Shown here one piece after another: positions 12,515 through 26,033 of a stretch of DNA of 64,000 bases (position 1 is its first letter; each line of letters starts with the position of its first letter). The translations under genes and the position numbers were made by a program. The notes below the pieces were generated by a model. It was not told the DNA's origin, made no database searches, and worked only from the letters and a program-made list of their open reading frames with translations. This DNA comes from Octopus vulgaris (lineage: Eukaryota): contig OX597818.1 in assembly GCA_951406725.2 (NCBI GenBank), forward strand, positions 25,854,001 to 25,918,000, given 5' to 3'.

Positions 12515-12890
12515 CAGTATTCTTTTACTCTTTTACTTGTTTCAGTCATTTGACTGCGGCCATGCTAGAGCACCACCTTTAGTCAAGCAAATCAACCCCA
12601 GGACTTATTCTTTGTAAGCCTATCAGTATCTTATGCCGAACTGCTAAGTTACGAGGACGTAAACACACCAGCATCGGTTGTTAAGCGATGTTGAGGGGAC
12701 AACCACAGACACACACACACGCACACATACTCATACGACAGGCTTCTTTCAGTTTCAAATCCACTCACAAGGCTTTGGTCGACCTGAGGCTATAGTAGAA
12801 GACATTTGCCCAAAGTGCCATGCAGTGGGACTGAACCCAGAGCCATCTGGTTGGTAAGCAAGCTACTTACCATACATCCACTCCTGAGCC
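12515..12890 (-). mobile_element. CORE-like tRNA-SINE family B with CR1-type 3' tail
   Basis: On the minus strand: tRNA-like head (gggttcagtcccactgc), ttgggcaaatgtcttc core, and tail gcatggccgcagtcaaatgactgaaacaagtaaaagag. Confidence 0.8.
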
Positions 12891-13693
12891 TATATATTGC
12901 AAAATCAAACTTCCAAACCATTCGGCCATGGAGATCTATTCCATCTAAATTACAGATTTTTTGATTAATTTTTAAAAATTAGACAGTTTGAAACTTCGTG
13001 TACTGGTAAAATTTCTCATGTAAAACACGGTTTACTCTGAACATTTTTGACAAAATTTCATATTTTAGAAGTTATTTCATGTTAAAGTTGGGCAAGACTT
13101 CTGCCCGTCCCCCCCCCCCAAAATACCCACCTTCTTTTCTTCATTTTTTCTACACAAACCCCCATCAGCCACTAGATATGCAGAAAAATACGAAAATTAT
13201 GATTGTGAAAAAAATTTCCAAAAGTTTTTGTAAAATTTCAATTTAAAAAGAAAAAAAATTACTTGTCCCCTTCCTCTCACAGTTTACGACTACTTTTTCA
13301 AAATATTTTTCTCTCAAAATATGTGAAAAAACACAGAAATTATGATTCTGAAAAAAATTTGCCAAATGGTGTGTTGATGGGTGCGCGACATGGTGATAAA
13401 GGTTTTTAGATTTTTTTTTTGATTTTTTTCGATTTTAAAATGCGTCGTTCGATTCTCTTTGATTTCCAAATAAGTTTTTTAAATACTTCGAAATCAAAAT
13501 GGGCGCACCCGTACGATTAAATAAGCAGCCAGCGAGCAGTCTATTCACATGCTAGAAATAGCAGCCAAATCTCATACAAACTCTTTTTTACACATACTTG
13601 GGAGAAAATGGGTGGGGGTGGGGACGAGTGGAAGTCTTTACAAAAAATTTACAAAAAAAAAATGGAAAGACTTCGCCCCCCACCCCCCAATTT

Positions 13694-13724
<31 letters not shown>

Positions 13725-13732
13725 CTATCAAT

Positions 13733-14140
13733 CCTTTTACTTGTTTCAGTCATTTGACTGCGTCCATGCTGGAACACCACCTTTTTTGTCATAGAAATCA
13801 ATCCCAGATCTTATTCTTTATGAGCCTGGTACTTATTCTATCGGCCTCTTTTACAAGGATGTAAGCACACTAACATCGGCTGTCAAGCAATGGTGGGGGA
13901 TGAGGGGACAAACACAGGCACAAAGACACGTACAAGAATTATGTAAATATATATATAAATGTTCTCACACATCTACACACACAAACATACATATACGATG
14001 GCCTTCTTTTCAGTTTTTGACTACCAAATCCACTCACAAGGCTTTGGTCTGCCCAAGGCACTTGTCCAAGGTGCCACGCAGTGGGACTGAAACCAGAGCC
14101 ATGTGGTTGGGAAGCAAGCATCTTACCACACAGTTGTGCC
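13733..14140 (-). mobile_element. SINE family B copy
   Basis: Same head, core and tail as 12515-12890. Confidence 0.8.
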
Positions 14141-14147
14141 TGCACAG

Positions 14148-14223
<76 letters not shown>

Positions 14224-14228
<5 letters not shown>

Positions 14229-15410
14229 AAATGGAGTTAACGCAGGTTTAAACAAGTATTTTTACTTTCTACTTAATGTTTCGAAAATTCCACTGATACT
14301 ATTCAAAAGAATAAAAGGTATAAACAATGCAATCTTCTCTTCGGGAAAGTGAAAAAACGAAACTCGTCAATACAACATTTTAGCAAAAAATGATGGATTC
14401 GTATAGCGATAGACAGAATGCTATTAATATTGTTTAAAAAAAACGTTATATGATATAACGTCATAAGTAGCTAACAGAAAGAGTAGGGATATTAATAGTG
14501 AATGTTAAATATAAAGGAAATTAAAGTTTAAACTATATATAATGATAGAGACTACTTATATGCACTAAAAGTATGTTTCTGCCAATGCTTACATCTGTAT
14601 GCTCGTTCTATAACTGTGTTTACTAGAGTATTTTTAGAAAAAATAATGAAAAATAGCTCAGAATTGCAGAGAAGACAGAATTTCTTGCCTTTATCATATG
14701 GTATCGAAATTGAGAGGATCAACCATTCTAAATGAAATTGTTCATTGTGGTCTTTTAAATCCCAAATCAGTTTGCTGAGACTGGTACTATTCCGTTTATT
14801 TCTATCCCTAAATGTTGAGTAATGGATAGAAATTCTTTTAGATAACTCTAACGATGTGCTTCCAATGTAAAATCGTACTTTATTACGAGTACTGATTATA
14901 CACTGGTATATAGAATTTTTAATCTTAGAGTTACTTGACATAAATTTAATTCTATTGGAATTGACTTCAGATACAATAACCTTGTTATTAATATTTCTAG
15001 AGGGTTGGATGGTATTAGCTAAATTAATGTTAGTATTAGTAAATGTATTAATATTTAACAGTTTGTTATTATGAGAAGATATAATTTGCAAGAGATTTTT
15101 TGTGTTTGAAAAACCTATCCTAACCTTATGTGAATTAATTATAGAGTAATATCTAGAATTGTTTGGAAAATTCCTAGTAATAGCTTGACGAAACAGCAGT
15201 GGGAGATTAGATTTAATTTGTCTCCCGTAAGGAATTATTAACCAAATATTTTTACTAGTATTCATAGCGTAATTACTTTTGAAGGTGTTATATTTACTTT
15301 TAGATCGGTAATAGGGGAATAAATAAGGGTTATCTGCCTTCATTCGCTTTGTATCGGTGCGTAAGTTATGTTTGTTATCAATAATTCTTTTACGACTAGA
15401 AATCTTATCT
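14224..15410 (-). mobile_element. Penelope-like element, Hydra-type; 3' part (linker, GIY-YIG and 3' region with hammerhead)
   Basis: ORF 14552-15343: IWLIIPY, IYQC..FYIGST..KR...H..TF, STSLSKLIW.LK, W.I, FCLLC..E, CKH. The 3' end abuts (TA)n at 14166-14222. Confidence 0.85.
14264..14350 (-). ncRNA. Type-I hammerhead ribozyme fold (core variant CCGAAGA)
   Basis: Minus strand: actttc-CCGAAGA-gaagattgcattg...cagtggaattttc-GAAAC-attaa-GTA-gaaagt. Stem I is a perfect 6 bp; stem II pairs 12 of 13. Confidence 0.75.
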
Positions 15411-15689
15411 ACATTATTGAATTTACAATTAGACTGAGCAGAATCAATGTAGAAAATATATATCTGTCCCTACCTTCGAAACATGGACCAGATAAAATAG
15501 GGGACAACTGATGAAGGGAATGTTCTTTATGTTGCTTGTCTTGTTTCTCTATTTGTTTCTTTTGTTGTTCGAAAAAAGTTTGTTTTCTATGTTTTTTTTT
15601 ATGTTCTCGTTTCTCTTTTTGTTCACGTTTTATTTTTATCTCCTGTATGCATGTATATGTAGGTATGTTCATATATGTATGTATATATG

Positions 15690-16960
15690 CCTATACTTAT
15701 ATATTATTTGGCCATCTGGAGAAGCGGTCGATGTAGGTCAATGTATAAGTAAATCCTTAACTGACTGGCCAAGGACCAACCAGGTCAATGTGTATGTAAT
15801 GGAACCTGGTGTCTGATGGCTGGAAGTGCCCAAGAGGTGCTCTCACATGACAATGCACCTTGGAATGCTGACATGGTAGACAGGCATGTGACTGATGCAT
15901 ATTTGGCCAGAAAAAGCAGGTCGAGATAAGATTTGCTGTGGCCGCAATGTGTGATAGTGAATGAAGTGCTTCAAAAACAGCACAACAGTGATGTTTAGGA
16001 ATGAGGGGTCAGGGTGACCTGGTAGAAACATTGCAGAGAATAGTTCCTTCAGCAAAAAGGCAGAGACAGGTGTTCAAACTTGCAGCAGGAAAACTGTGGT
16101 GAAAAGACGTCCAGAGTGTCCAAAGAGGGTTGGTCAGTAGCTATAGCAACCAAATCAATCGAAGCAGGAGTCGACAATGCACCGACAGACAGGCGAGGTT
16201 AGGTATTGGCAGGGATGTTGTCAGTGCCAGCAATGTGGCGAATGTCACAAAGGAACTGTGATATGTTATCCAAATGCTTTGTTTCTCTGAGTGAGTACTG
16301 GTCCATTTTGGCAAAAGAGAGCAAACATTAGCAGTTTGTGGTCGATGAAAATCGTGAAATCTCTACCTTCAAGAAGGTGAGAGAAATACTTCACTGTTAG
16401 ATAAGTTGCTAAGAGTTCATTATCAAACACACTGTATCTCAGTTTGACATCTTTCAACTGGCAAGAAAAGAAGGCCAATGACTGGCTTCAGCTGTTGACA
16501 GATTTGCTCTAAAAGTACGGATGATGATGCGTCGACAGTGTCAATTTTGCATCAGCAATAGGATGAGCAAGGAAGGATGCTTGAGCAAGGTCAGCTTTGA
16601 CAGATTCAAAAGCCACGAACGACCTCATCAATGAACCTTTGGAAGGTGCTGGCTGCATTGCAAAGACCAAACGGCATAGACAAGAATTCAAACGCTCCAA
16701 AAGGAGTGGTGACGGCTGCCTTTGGAATGTCATCGGGGTTGACAGGAATATGATGGTACATGCGTACCAAGTTGATTTTAGAAAAATTCTTACAGCCATG
16801 CAGGGCAGACAAAAATTCCTGCACATTTGGTATGGGATACCAATCCATGACAGTGAGAGTGTTAAGACATCTAAAATCTCCAACCGGTCGAAAATCAGCT
16901 TCATTCTTCCTGGCCATATGTAAAGGAGGTGATTGGAGCAAATTTCTTTATTCTGCCATA
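15690..16960 (-). mobile_element. Ty3/Gypsy LTR-retrotransposon pol relic (RT and RNase H)
   Basis: SPLHM..K..FRPVGDFR.LN, YPIP, FSKINL, TTPFGAFEFLSMPFGLCNAASTFQR. RNase H part AFFS...RYS.FD.ELLA...YF.HLLEGR.FTI..DHK. Frameshifted. Confidence 0.9.
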
Positions 16961-17778
16961 AGGTGTAATATAGAGGGTGATTGGAGCGTAACGTACAAGG
17001 TGATTGGAGCAACAGTGAAAAAAATATCAATATCAATTTATTGATGCATTTGGGCAAGTCTATGTCTGGATTATCAGAAAATTGCAAAAGAAAAATGTTT
17101 TAAAGAAATTCAAAACTCTGCAAAAATCCGGTACAAATTCTTCATGGTTCCAAACGTTTACTTTTTGCTCAACCTGATATTATGATGGAATTTTGGTTTA
17201 AGCAAACCCATATAACCCCTCATAACTTTTTATTTTGTGGAATTTTCTGAATATTTTGAATGGCAGGGGTGGATTTGTGTTCTACACATGAGAATTTATA
17301 AGATTATGAAAACAATTTCTTTTCTAATTATTAAAATTCCCATTCCCCCATAAATCTTAAAATCAAAGTTTAAAATTTGAACAGTCTGAAATTTTTGCTT
17401 AAATCCCAGCAATGGAGCACTCTTTGTGGTATCATCATTTCATTTAAATGCGTTTATGGGGAGAAAAAATTGAAAAACATCATACATGTCTGTGACTAAA
17501 AAAAGGTATCGAGTAGTTCTTGAGAAGTGCTAAAAATAATAGCTAAATTGCCCTTAAATCACACACAAAAATTTTTTTTTATAATCACATGAATCCCTGT
17601 GTGTAGGACACAAATTGGATCTTTTCAATCTGACCGACAGATTTTATAAATTAATTTTTTTAAAGTAAGCACTTTGAAACTTTAGATATTGGTAGAATGT
17701 GTCTGCAATTTATCAAATTGCCACCTATAAGTTGTACACTGTCAAATCTGAAGCATTTTATTTTTCAACAGCATTTAA

Positions 17779-19242
17779 CCCTTTCGTTACTATATTTCTG
17801 ACCAAAATACACCCCTCATGAGTTTCAATTAAATTCTAAAATAATCATGAATTTAGGCTTGTTTCATTAAATAACTGTAACTTTTTTACTTATCAACATT
17901 TTAATGTGATATTTGGAACATAATTAAAGGAAGGGTTCTTAATCAATTCTATTGCATAACTTTTGACTCAAAGTGACTTTAATTACAGGTAAATCCAGGT
18001 AAATTGAGCAAAAGGTAAAAATATTAAAATTTTAAATTGAGCAAAAGGTAAAAAATAAAAATTTTGTTTAAACATCACTATAGAAAATGAATCATCAGCT
18101 AATATTCAAATGGGTATGCAACAAAATTTTGATAAAGAAGAATTGTGCACATCAGTTGAATTTAATGCACAACAGGTGTACCATAAAGGTGGAATAAACT
18201 GAAATATTGGAATCCACCGTAAGTTTGACCGAACTAAAGAAATCGGTCAAAAAATAATATACGGCCCTGGTTATGGTATGGAAGTGATAAATTCCAGACC
18301 ACATCGTTCCCTAGGCCATGCTGACTAATATTATTTTCCCTGTATAAAAACTAAATCCACGCAGTACCCAGTAATTTGCTTCACAAATTTCCCAAACTTT
18401 GAACCCCGATTTTGGGTTTGTTTACAATCTGCGTAAGTGCGTTTCCACATTGATCGCTTCAAACAATAACTTCCAGACCACATCGTACCCTAAGCCATGC
18501 TGACTAACATTAGTTTCCCTGTATAAAAACTAAATCCACAACAGTACCCAGTAATTTGCTTCACAAATTTCCCTAACTTTGAACCCCGATTTTGGGTTTG
18601 TTTACAATCTGCGTAAGTTTGTTTCCACATTGATCGCTTCAAACTAGCATACTGAAAAAAATAAAAGTCTAATGGTTTCACTTCCTAAGAAAGGCTATAG
18701 ATAAACTTTATCTCCTCAGAAAAATTGCTAATAAAAACATTTAAAAAGTTTTTTTTACTTCATTCCGATGTAAAATCGTCTTCGCTGTCGCCTTCGCCGC
18801 TTTGTTTCTTTGGAAGGCGCTGCTTTCATTTTCGGATAAAAAAATATTCATTATTTTGTACACCACGTGCTTTAGTACCTATTTCATTCTTTTTCTCGAT
18901 ATCTCCCTATTTTCCGTTGACAAAGCTTTAAATTCGGAATCAATGCTTGATAACATGAAACTCCTATCCATTTTCAAAGTTGAAGAAAAATCGATGCCGT
19001 AAAACATGTGGAAAAAAATCTCCCAAAATTCACTGAGTTGAGATATCACTTCAAGCAATGTCGGATACTATAACTTAACTATTTACAATGTGAAATCACA
19101 TGCTTTAACGAATGTACCAACGAGATTTGGGTTCAAATTTACATTTAAATAACAATGGGTTCTAACGGCCGGGTATGGCCGGGTTGGTACTTTGAACCAA
19201 AAAATTGTTCGGCCGGCTACGGCCGGGTTAGTAACGAAAGGG
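17779..19242. mobile_element. piggyBac-like internally deleted element
   Basis: TTAA + 14-bp TIR ccctttcgttacta / tagtaacgaaaggg + tttaa. Contains an internal ~180-bp tandem duplication at 18292-18644. Confidence 0.75.
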
Positions 19243-19889
19243 TTTAATAAAACTGCCAGAGAATACAGTTTACTGAAGTAAACAGATGATAACAGTAAAA
19301 ATGAGTAAAATCAAGGAAACGCATATCGCGCTGACATGGTATGTTGTCACCAATGTCGCTGATTCAATGTTATGTTACATGTTACTGTTTTGACTGTGTG
19401 TTATATACCACAATGAACAGATGCAAACACAATATAAGATATTATTATAATATCGGCTGAATTTTGGTTTAAGCACCCCATATAACCCCTCATTATTTTT
19501 TTTTTGCTTTTTGGGGAGAATTTTCGGAAAATTTTTGCTAATTTGTGGGATCTTTTCAATCTGACTGACAAATTTTTTAATTATTTTTCTTTTTTAACTA
19601 AACACTTTGAAACTTTGAAAACTGGTAGAATGCGTCACATTGAACAGGGCTTACTCTTAACGTTTTTGACAAAATTTTGTATTTTAGAAGTTATTTCGTG
19701 TTAAAGTTGTCGTATTTGGGTAATTTTAGCCAATCAATGACATATATTCAGCTGAAGAAAATTACTGCTGCTGTTTGTGAACAACAATTCTGGGTTCACT
19801 CCCCTAACAAAACCCTTCTTTAATAGCCAGAGATGCTTTTATAGCAACATAGGTTTGCTGTATCAGGGTTGATTTGAGGCTAAATAACA

Positions 19890-20920
19890 ACAAAATTATT
19901 ACTGAGACAGACCAACGACAGAGCCTGTATGTGGTTGCATGACCTGCTAGCAAAAGTAGCCAAACTTTTTTTTATATACAGAATAGAAAAACCTCTATCC
20001 TGTGATATACACGTAGAGTCCATTATGTCTGGGTAGAAAAACAGAATGGTCACAGCTGGGACGTCTTTGATCATATCTGTTCAATCAGATCCAAGTCGGG
20101 GCTAAACAACAAGTGAAGAAGGGAACGAGACAAGGCAACGAGAGAGCCTTTACCTGGTCGCTCGAGTTGCTAGAAAGAGCAATAAAATCTTCCTGACAAA
20201 AAGAAAAAATGAAATTTCCATCTTCAAGAAAAAAAAAATAATGCAAGTTTATATTATTTTATAATGTTTGCTTAGGAATTCATTACTTCTAGAAAAGAAT
20301 AAGACAAAATGGTCATGGCTGGAACACCCTTTTCTCACAGATCCATTACAATCAGAGCTATCCTGTGGTTAAAACAATATTCTTCACTGAATGATGAAGC
20401 AGCTAAAGTTAAAGAAAAGTCAAAAGAATAAAAGATAGCAAATATCCATATTCCAAATATTGGGATTCCTTATAAAATAATAATAAACTTGCATTATTTT
20501 TTCTATGTGACACATTCTACCAGTATCTGAAGTTTCAAAGTGTTTAGTTAAAAAGAATTAATTAAAAAATCTGTCGGTCAGCTTGAAAAGATCTGATGGG
20601 GATGCTAAATGATTTACAATATTTAGTTTTTGTAATCTACTTAGTGTCGGTCAAAATACTTTGCAGCAACATTCGGAGTAAGAATCCAACTTTGCTTCAA
20701 GTCAACAATGAAGGCGCCTCTTACTTTTAATAAATTGTTTGATCTGTTGGAAATAGCAACCAAATCTTCCTCAAATCTCACTCTACCCGATTGAAAATGG
20801 TAATTCACATTGGACAATGAAGTTCAGTTATTCAAATGACGGCATAATTATAGTTAAAATGCTTTTATTCACAGGTCTGCTGGATCAGAGTTGACTTGGG
20901 GTCCGAACAACAACAGTAAC
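19890..20920 (+). repeat. Three copies of an old ~200-bp dispersed repeat (gctagaaatagcagccaaatct motif)
   Basis: The motif recurs at ~13550, 17525, 19945, 20168, 20745, 28400, 56884 and 60755, and inverted at ~21300 and 25690. Confidence 0.55.
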
Positions 20921-21464
20921 TTCGTTTTCGAGAAGATAATTAATAACATACTGTATTAATTCAATTAACTATGAAGCAAATAATCTAGATGATAATTTAT
21001 TGATGATAGGTCATTTATTCAACCCTGCTTCTGGCAATTCAAAACTTTAATTTATATTGCTTCATTTACTATGATACCAGATCAATATGCTTCACACACA
21101 AACCAGAATTCATCTGTTTTCATTCAGGTCAAAGTTCACATGCTATTGTTTTTATTCAGTGCTGATTGAACAATTTTATGACCAAAGACTTTCCAGCTAT
21201 GGCCATCACATTCTTTGCCAGTGTAGTGCATTTAGGACTGCATTAATTAGTTCATTCTCATTTTATTAAGATGGTAGTGTATGATTTGCAAGGAAATATA
21301 GTTATTATTCCTGGCAGGTCAAGTAACCGAATAGATACTTCCTTGTTGGCATCCTGACTTTCATTTTGATTACAGACAACGTGTGAAGGCTGGTATGCTT
21401 TACAATATTTTTATCCGACTGCCATCTTTGTCAAGTTTGATTTTCATCTCTCAGCCTATTTCCT

Positions 21465-21688
21465 TTAACCCTTTAGCAGTCAAATTACTCTATCAAATGT
21501 AATGCTTATTTATTCACATTGTTTTGAATTAATCATGCGTTATCTCATAGATTTGAGATATTGATGATGTGATTGCCTATTTTTAGAATGACATTATATA
21601 GAGGGAAAAACAGGCTCAGGCTAGTTCAAGCATAAAACGATTAGAATATTTGGGCCATGTATGGCCAGTTTAAATGCCAAAGAGTTAA
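21465..21688. mobile_element. TTAA/CCCTTTAGC MITE (piggyBac-like)
   Basis: ttaaccctttagca...tgccaaagagttaa. Homologous copies at ~40133-40352 and ~60179-60407. Confidence 0.7.
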
Positions 21689-22619
21689 TATAGTCAACTA
21701 TCAGGGGTTTATCTTCTAATGAAAGATTCTGACAATTGAGTTATGTATACAGGCCTATATTATAAAACTAACTGTATCAAAAGAAATGAATCAATGATTT
21801 TGCATCAACTCCAAGTTTTCATAAAATTTATAATCTATTATTGAATAAAAATACACCATTTGTAGCAGATCACCACCTCTATTTGAATCTGGAATGTGGG
21901 TTCTTTTCTACTTAAGAAGCAGGCTTGTCTGTGTGGTAAGAAGCTTGCTTCCCAACCTCAGGGTTCAGTCCCACTGCATGGCATCTTGGGCAAATGTCTT
22001 CTATTATAGCTTTGAGCTGATTGTTTTATACAAAACATTGTCTTAACAATAAACAGATAATACATTGAAAACGAATGACTGTATTTTTCATTCATCTCAT
22101 CTTTAATAAGGTAACAGCCCCATTCATCTTATTGTTAAACATTACATTATGGTTGAGCATTGTGTTATTTTACTAATTTTAATTCAGAAAGCATTCCCGC
22201 ATCACTGGACCTAGACACGATGTGTTAAAAATGTTGGCAGGAATATATTAAAGGAAGGGAACCAGCAGACTTGTTACAGCACCAGGCAAAATGTTTAGCG
22301 GTGTTTCGTCCGTCTCTACATTCTGAGTTCAAATTCCCCCATGCTTGACTTTATTCTTTCAGGGTCTATAAAATAAGTACCGGTTGAGTACTAGGGTGGA
22401 TTCTAATTTTTTTTTGCAATGAATTTTACACCTCTCCTAAAATCTATAGCTACGATTGTCATTACAAAGTTGTGAGCAATACATTCCGAAACAATAACCT
22501 CATTATTCCTCTGGCACTAAATTTTAAACCTTATTTAAGTGCAATAGTTGAGTATCGTTATTTACATTGATTCTAGATTTAAGTACTTCATAATTTAAGT
22601 TGGCTTCGAGTTATCACTG

Positions 22620-22940
22620 TTCATTTCTTTCTGTCGGTTATGACGACAAGGGTTCCAGTTGATCCGATCAACAGGACAACCTGTTTGTGAAATTAACATC
22701 TATGTGACTGAGGACCCCACAGACACATGTACCCATAACATGGTTCTCAGGGAGATCCAGAGTAACACTGAGTGTGTGTGACAAGGCTGGCCCTTTGAAA
22801 TACAGTTACTACTCATTTTTGCCAGGAGCAACGCGAAATAAAGTATCTTGCTCAAGTACATGACATGTCGCTGGGAATTGAACTCACAACCTTACAATCA
22901 TCTGCCAAACTCCCTAACCACTAAGTCATGTGCCTTCACG
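22620..22940 (-). mobile_element. CORE-like tRNA-SINE related to family C
   Basis: The head (gtgaaggcacatgacttagtggttag) and the core (cttgagcaagatactttattt) are shared with 35977-36317. Confidence 0.65.
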
Positions 22941-25136
22941 TCTGATTCTTTATATATGTATAAACAAGAATTTCAAAGATTTTTAGTTACTAGATATGAC
23001 ATCGAAAATAAGCTGTAGATGATTTTTCATTTAAATATCAACAGAGAAAAATAGATTTCATTGGATATTGCTGGTAAAATGATGCAACAGTAATTCCACA
23101 GCACCTGTTTTGACATTACAGATTAACTATAGGATTCAAATATAGAAAATTTTAGATTATTGATTTGAATCATCAAGTTTGCATGAATGTGTTCGAGAAT
23201 ATACACAAGAGTTGTTCTGTTTTATCAAGTCAATTAATGTATCTAGAAAATGTTGCAGTTAATAGAATAATTTGTGTTGAAGCAGGTAAATAGCCAACAC
23301 GAGGAAATGTCAGTTAGATGCACGTACATTTATTGGCAGAACCACTGTAGAGGTTAGGCCGAGGTAGACATCAACTGCTTTCAAGAGAGAGAACAAAATA
23401 ATATCTGGCACATAACTGCTGCCAATAAAAATCAAAAATGGCAAGTAAACAGAGACGGACAGACAGATATAAACAGAGAGAGATAGAGATAGAAATAGAT
23501 AGAGAGAGAGAGAGAGTGAGAGAAAGAAAGAAAGAGAGGGATTAACTTTTCCATTGCCTTTATAGAAAAAGTAGGCTCTACAGACTAGTAATCTCTGATT
23601 GGTCAAAACATCGTGTTACAAAACGGAAATGGCGCTGCTGTATATTTCACTTGAACAAAACTTTTCTTTGATGTAATGTCTCCTTTATAGTTTATATATT
23701 CATTTTCCTGAGAATACCTAAATCAGTCTCTTATTCGTCAAATTCAGATGAAATTTTCCTATCTATCATTTCAACTTTTATTCAAGTACTCCTTTTCCTT
23801 TAGTATTTGAAATCCAGATGTTATTTCATTGTAAAGATGCAAGGTATCTTTTAAATTGCAAACTTGAGAATATATTTATAAGCTTGTTCAAAACAAAATT
23901 ATCTTTGAATATTGAATTTGTCTATAAATATTTTCCCTGTGAATTTCTTCACTTCAATAATGGAAATGTCTACTACGTAATTTAAAATTGTACTTTATAA
24001 AATGTTTCAGTTGTAGTAGTTACATATTAAATGAAAGATTTCGCAATTTTTTTGTTTTTCGTATTTTCCTCTTTTCTGAGTAAATTTTATTTAATGAAAA
24101 AGAATCTTACCACTTCGAATAAAAATGTTAGTGCTAAAAATTTTCTAATTATATTTGATTATTAATTTTTAAGATTAAGCATTATGCATTTATAAAAAAA
24201 AATCTGTTTTACATCTACAGTTTTACTCTGCATAATAGCTTAAAGCATTCTTCACCTCAAGAGTTTCCTGTACACACTGCATATAGCTGTTAATTTCCGA
24301 CAAAGCCAGTCAGTTTATTTATTTTATATAATTTGTCACTACTTCAAAGTCATCAGCTTAGATTTAGAGGTTGTGGAGCAATAAATCACAGATCAAGAAA
24401 ATTAATAGCAATGCTTTTCTGTATTACGTTCTTAATTTTCTTGTATTAATGTCTGACCTCTATAAACAAAATTATACTTGCGCAAAAACTCAAATTCATT
24501 ATTGCTTATAAGAAATTCCTAACATTATTTTATTTAGGAAAGAAAAAGATGGTCACATCAAACAATCTACCAACCACAGCTTTTAACTTAATGATTCAAA
24601 AGTAGCTAACATTCGGTAAATGTTTCTTTCTTAATAAATTATTTGTTTTCGTACAGTTTAATATTGCCATGATGTTTGCATATATATAGGGTCTCCACCG
24701 GTCAAAGTTATCCATGCATCTGCATGTGCCTACCTGGGCAAGAAATTTTGAGGAAAACTGACATTAGTATGTGCATGTGATTTCTCTCTCTCCACGCCAC
24801 CAGTATTTATCCAATTAAAAGGCCGTCGAATGGAGTCGATGCAGTTTGGTATTAGTGTCTTTGCCGGCATTATTTTCGCATCTAACCTGAGCCTCTAATG
24901 GTTCCACTAAATCCACTACCTTGAATCGATACTTTATTTGTCGGTACTTAAATGATGAAGGACAACAATTAACCACGGCGGGATTTGAATTCAGAGCTAA
25001 GAAAATTGCAACAAATACTATGAAGCATTCTTTCTATTGCTGTTATGACTCTGCTATTTCGCTGCCTTATGATGGTGTTTACAATGAGGAGTTTGTGATT
25101 AAAATCACAGGGACGAAACAAATATTTAGATATTAG

Positions 25137-25347
25137 TTTCAAATTTTAGCACAAGACCAGCAATTTTAGGGAAGGAGTTAGTCAATTACATCGACCTCAG
25201 TGCTCAAACCGGTACTTATTTTATCAATCCTGAAAGGATGAAAGGCAAAGTGGACTTTGGCAGAATTTGAACTCAACGTAAAGACATACAAAATGCCGCT
25301 AAGCATCTTGTCTGGAGTGATAACATCTCTGTCAGCTCGCTGCTTTA
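25137..25347 (-). mobile_element. SINE family A
   Basis: Reverse copy of the 631-853 head and domain. 21-bp TSD aaacaaatattta(g/a)atattag at 25116-36 and 25348-68. Confidence 0.85.
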
Positions 25348-25816
25348 AAACAAATATTTAAATATTAGAATCATACATCAAATTCAAGAACGTTTTAATG
25401 ATCCAAATTCAAATTATTAATCTCATCTCTCCTTCCCACCTTTCTACAAGAAATAATTTCCATTCAAGATGAAAAATTTCATAAAAGTTTGTTCGAACCA
25501 ACATTGTTTTTAATTTTTATTCATGTTATTTTTTGTTTATTATTTAGTCTGTGATATAAGTAGACTTATTTATCATAAGAATTTCAACCATAATCATTCT
25601 ATTTTCTTTCAAAAACTTAGCTAATCTTGGACCATATTTTCCAGTGTGTTCTTTTGCCTTTAAGACAGTAGAGTGTAGTTTGAAGGAGATATCGTTGCAG
25701 TTTCAAGCAGATTCTTTGTTGCCTCATTTATTCATTTTATATTTCCTTGGCTGTATATTCTCTGACCATCCTCTTTGATGAACTAGCGTTGAACCCATGA
25801 GCATTCATTGTAATAT

Positions 25817-26033
25817 AGTCATTTCTACTCTAGGCACAAGGCCTGAAATTTTGGGGGAGGGAGTCAGTCGATTAGATCGACCCCAGTATGCAACTGGTAC
25901 TTAATTTATCGACCCCGAAAGGATGAAAAGCAAAGTCGACCTCAGCAGAATTTGAACTCAGAACGTAAAGACAGACAAAATACTGCTAAGCATTTCGCCC
26001 GGCATGCTAACGTTTCTGCCAGCTCGCCACTTC
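25817..26033 (-). mobile_element. SINE family A
   Basis: Same head and central domain. TSD tcattgtaatat at 25805-16 and 26034-45. Confidence 0.85.

Noticed and set aside
15465-15580. GAAAC...CTGATGA permuted hammerhead
   Set aside because: The cleavage triplet reads GAC and no stem I pairing was found.
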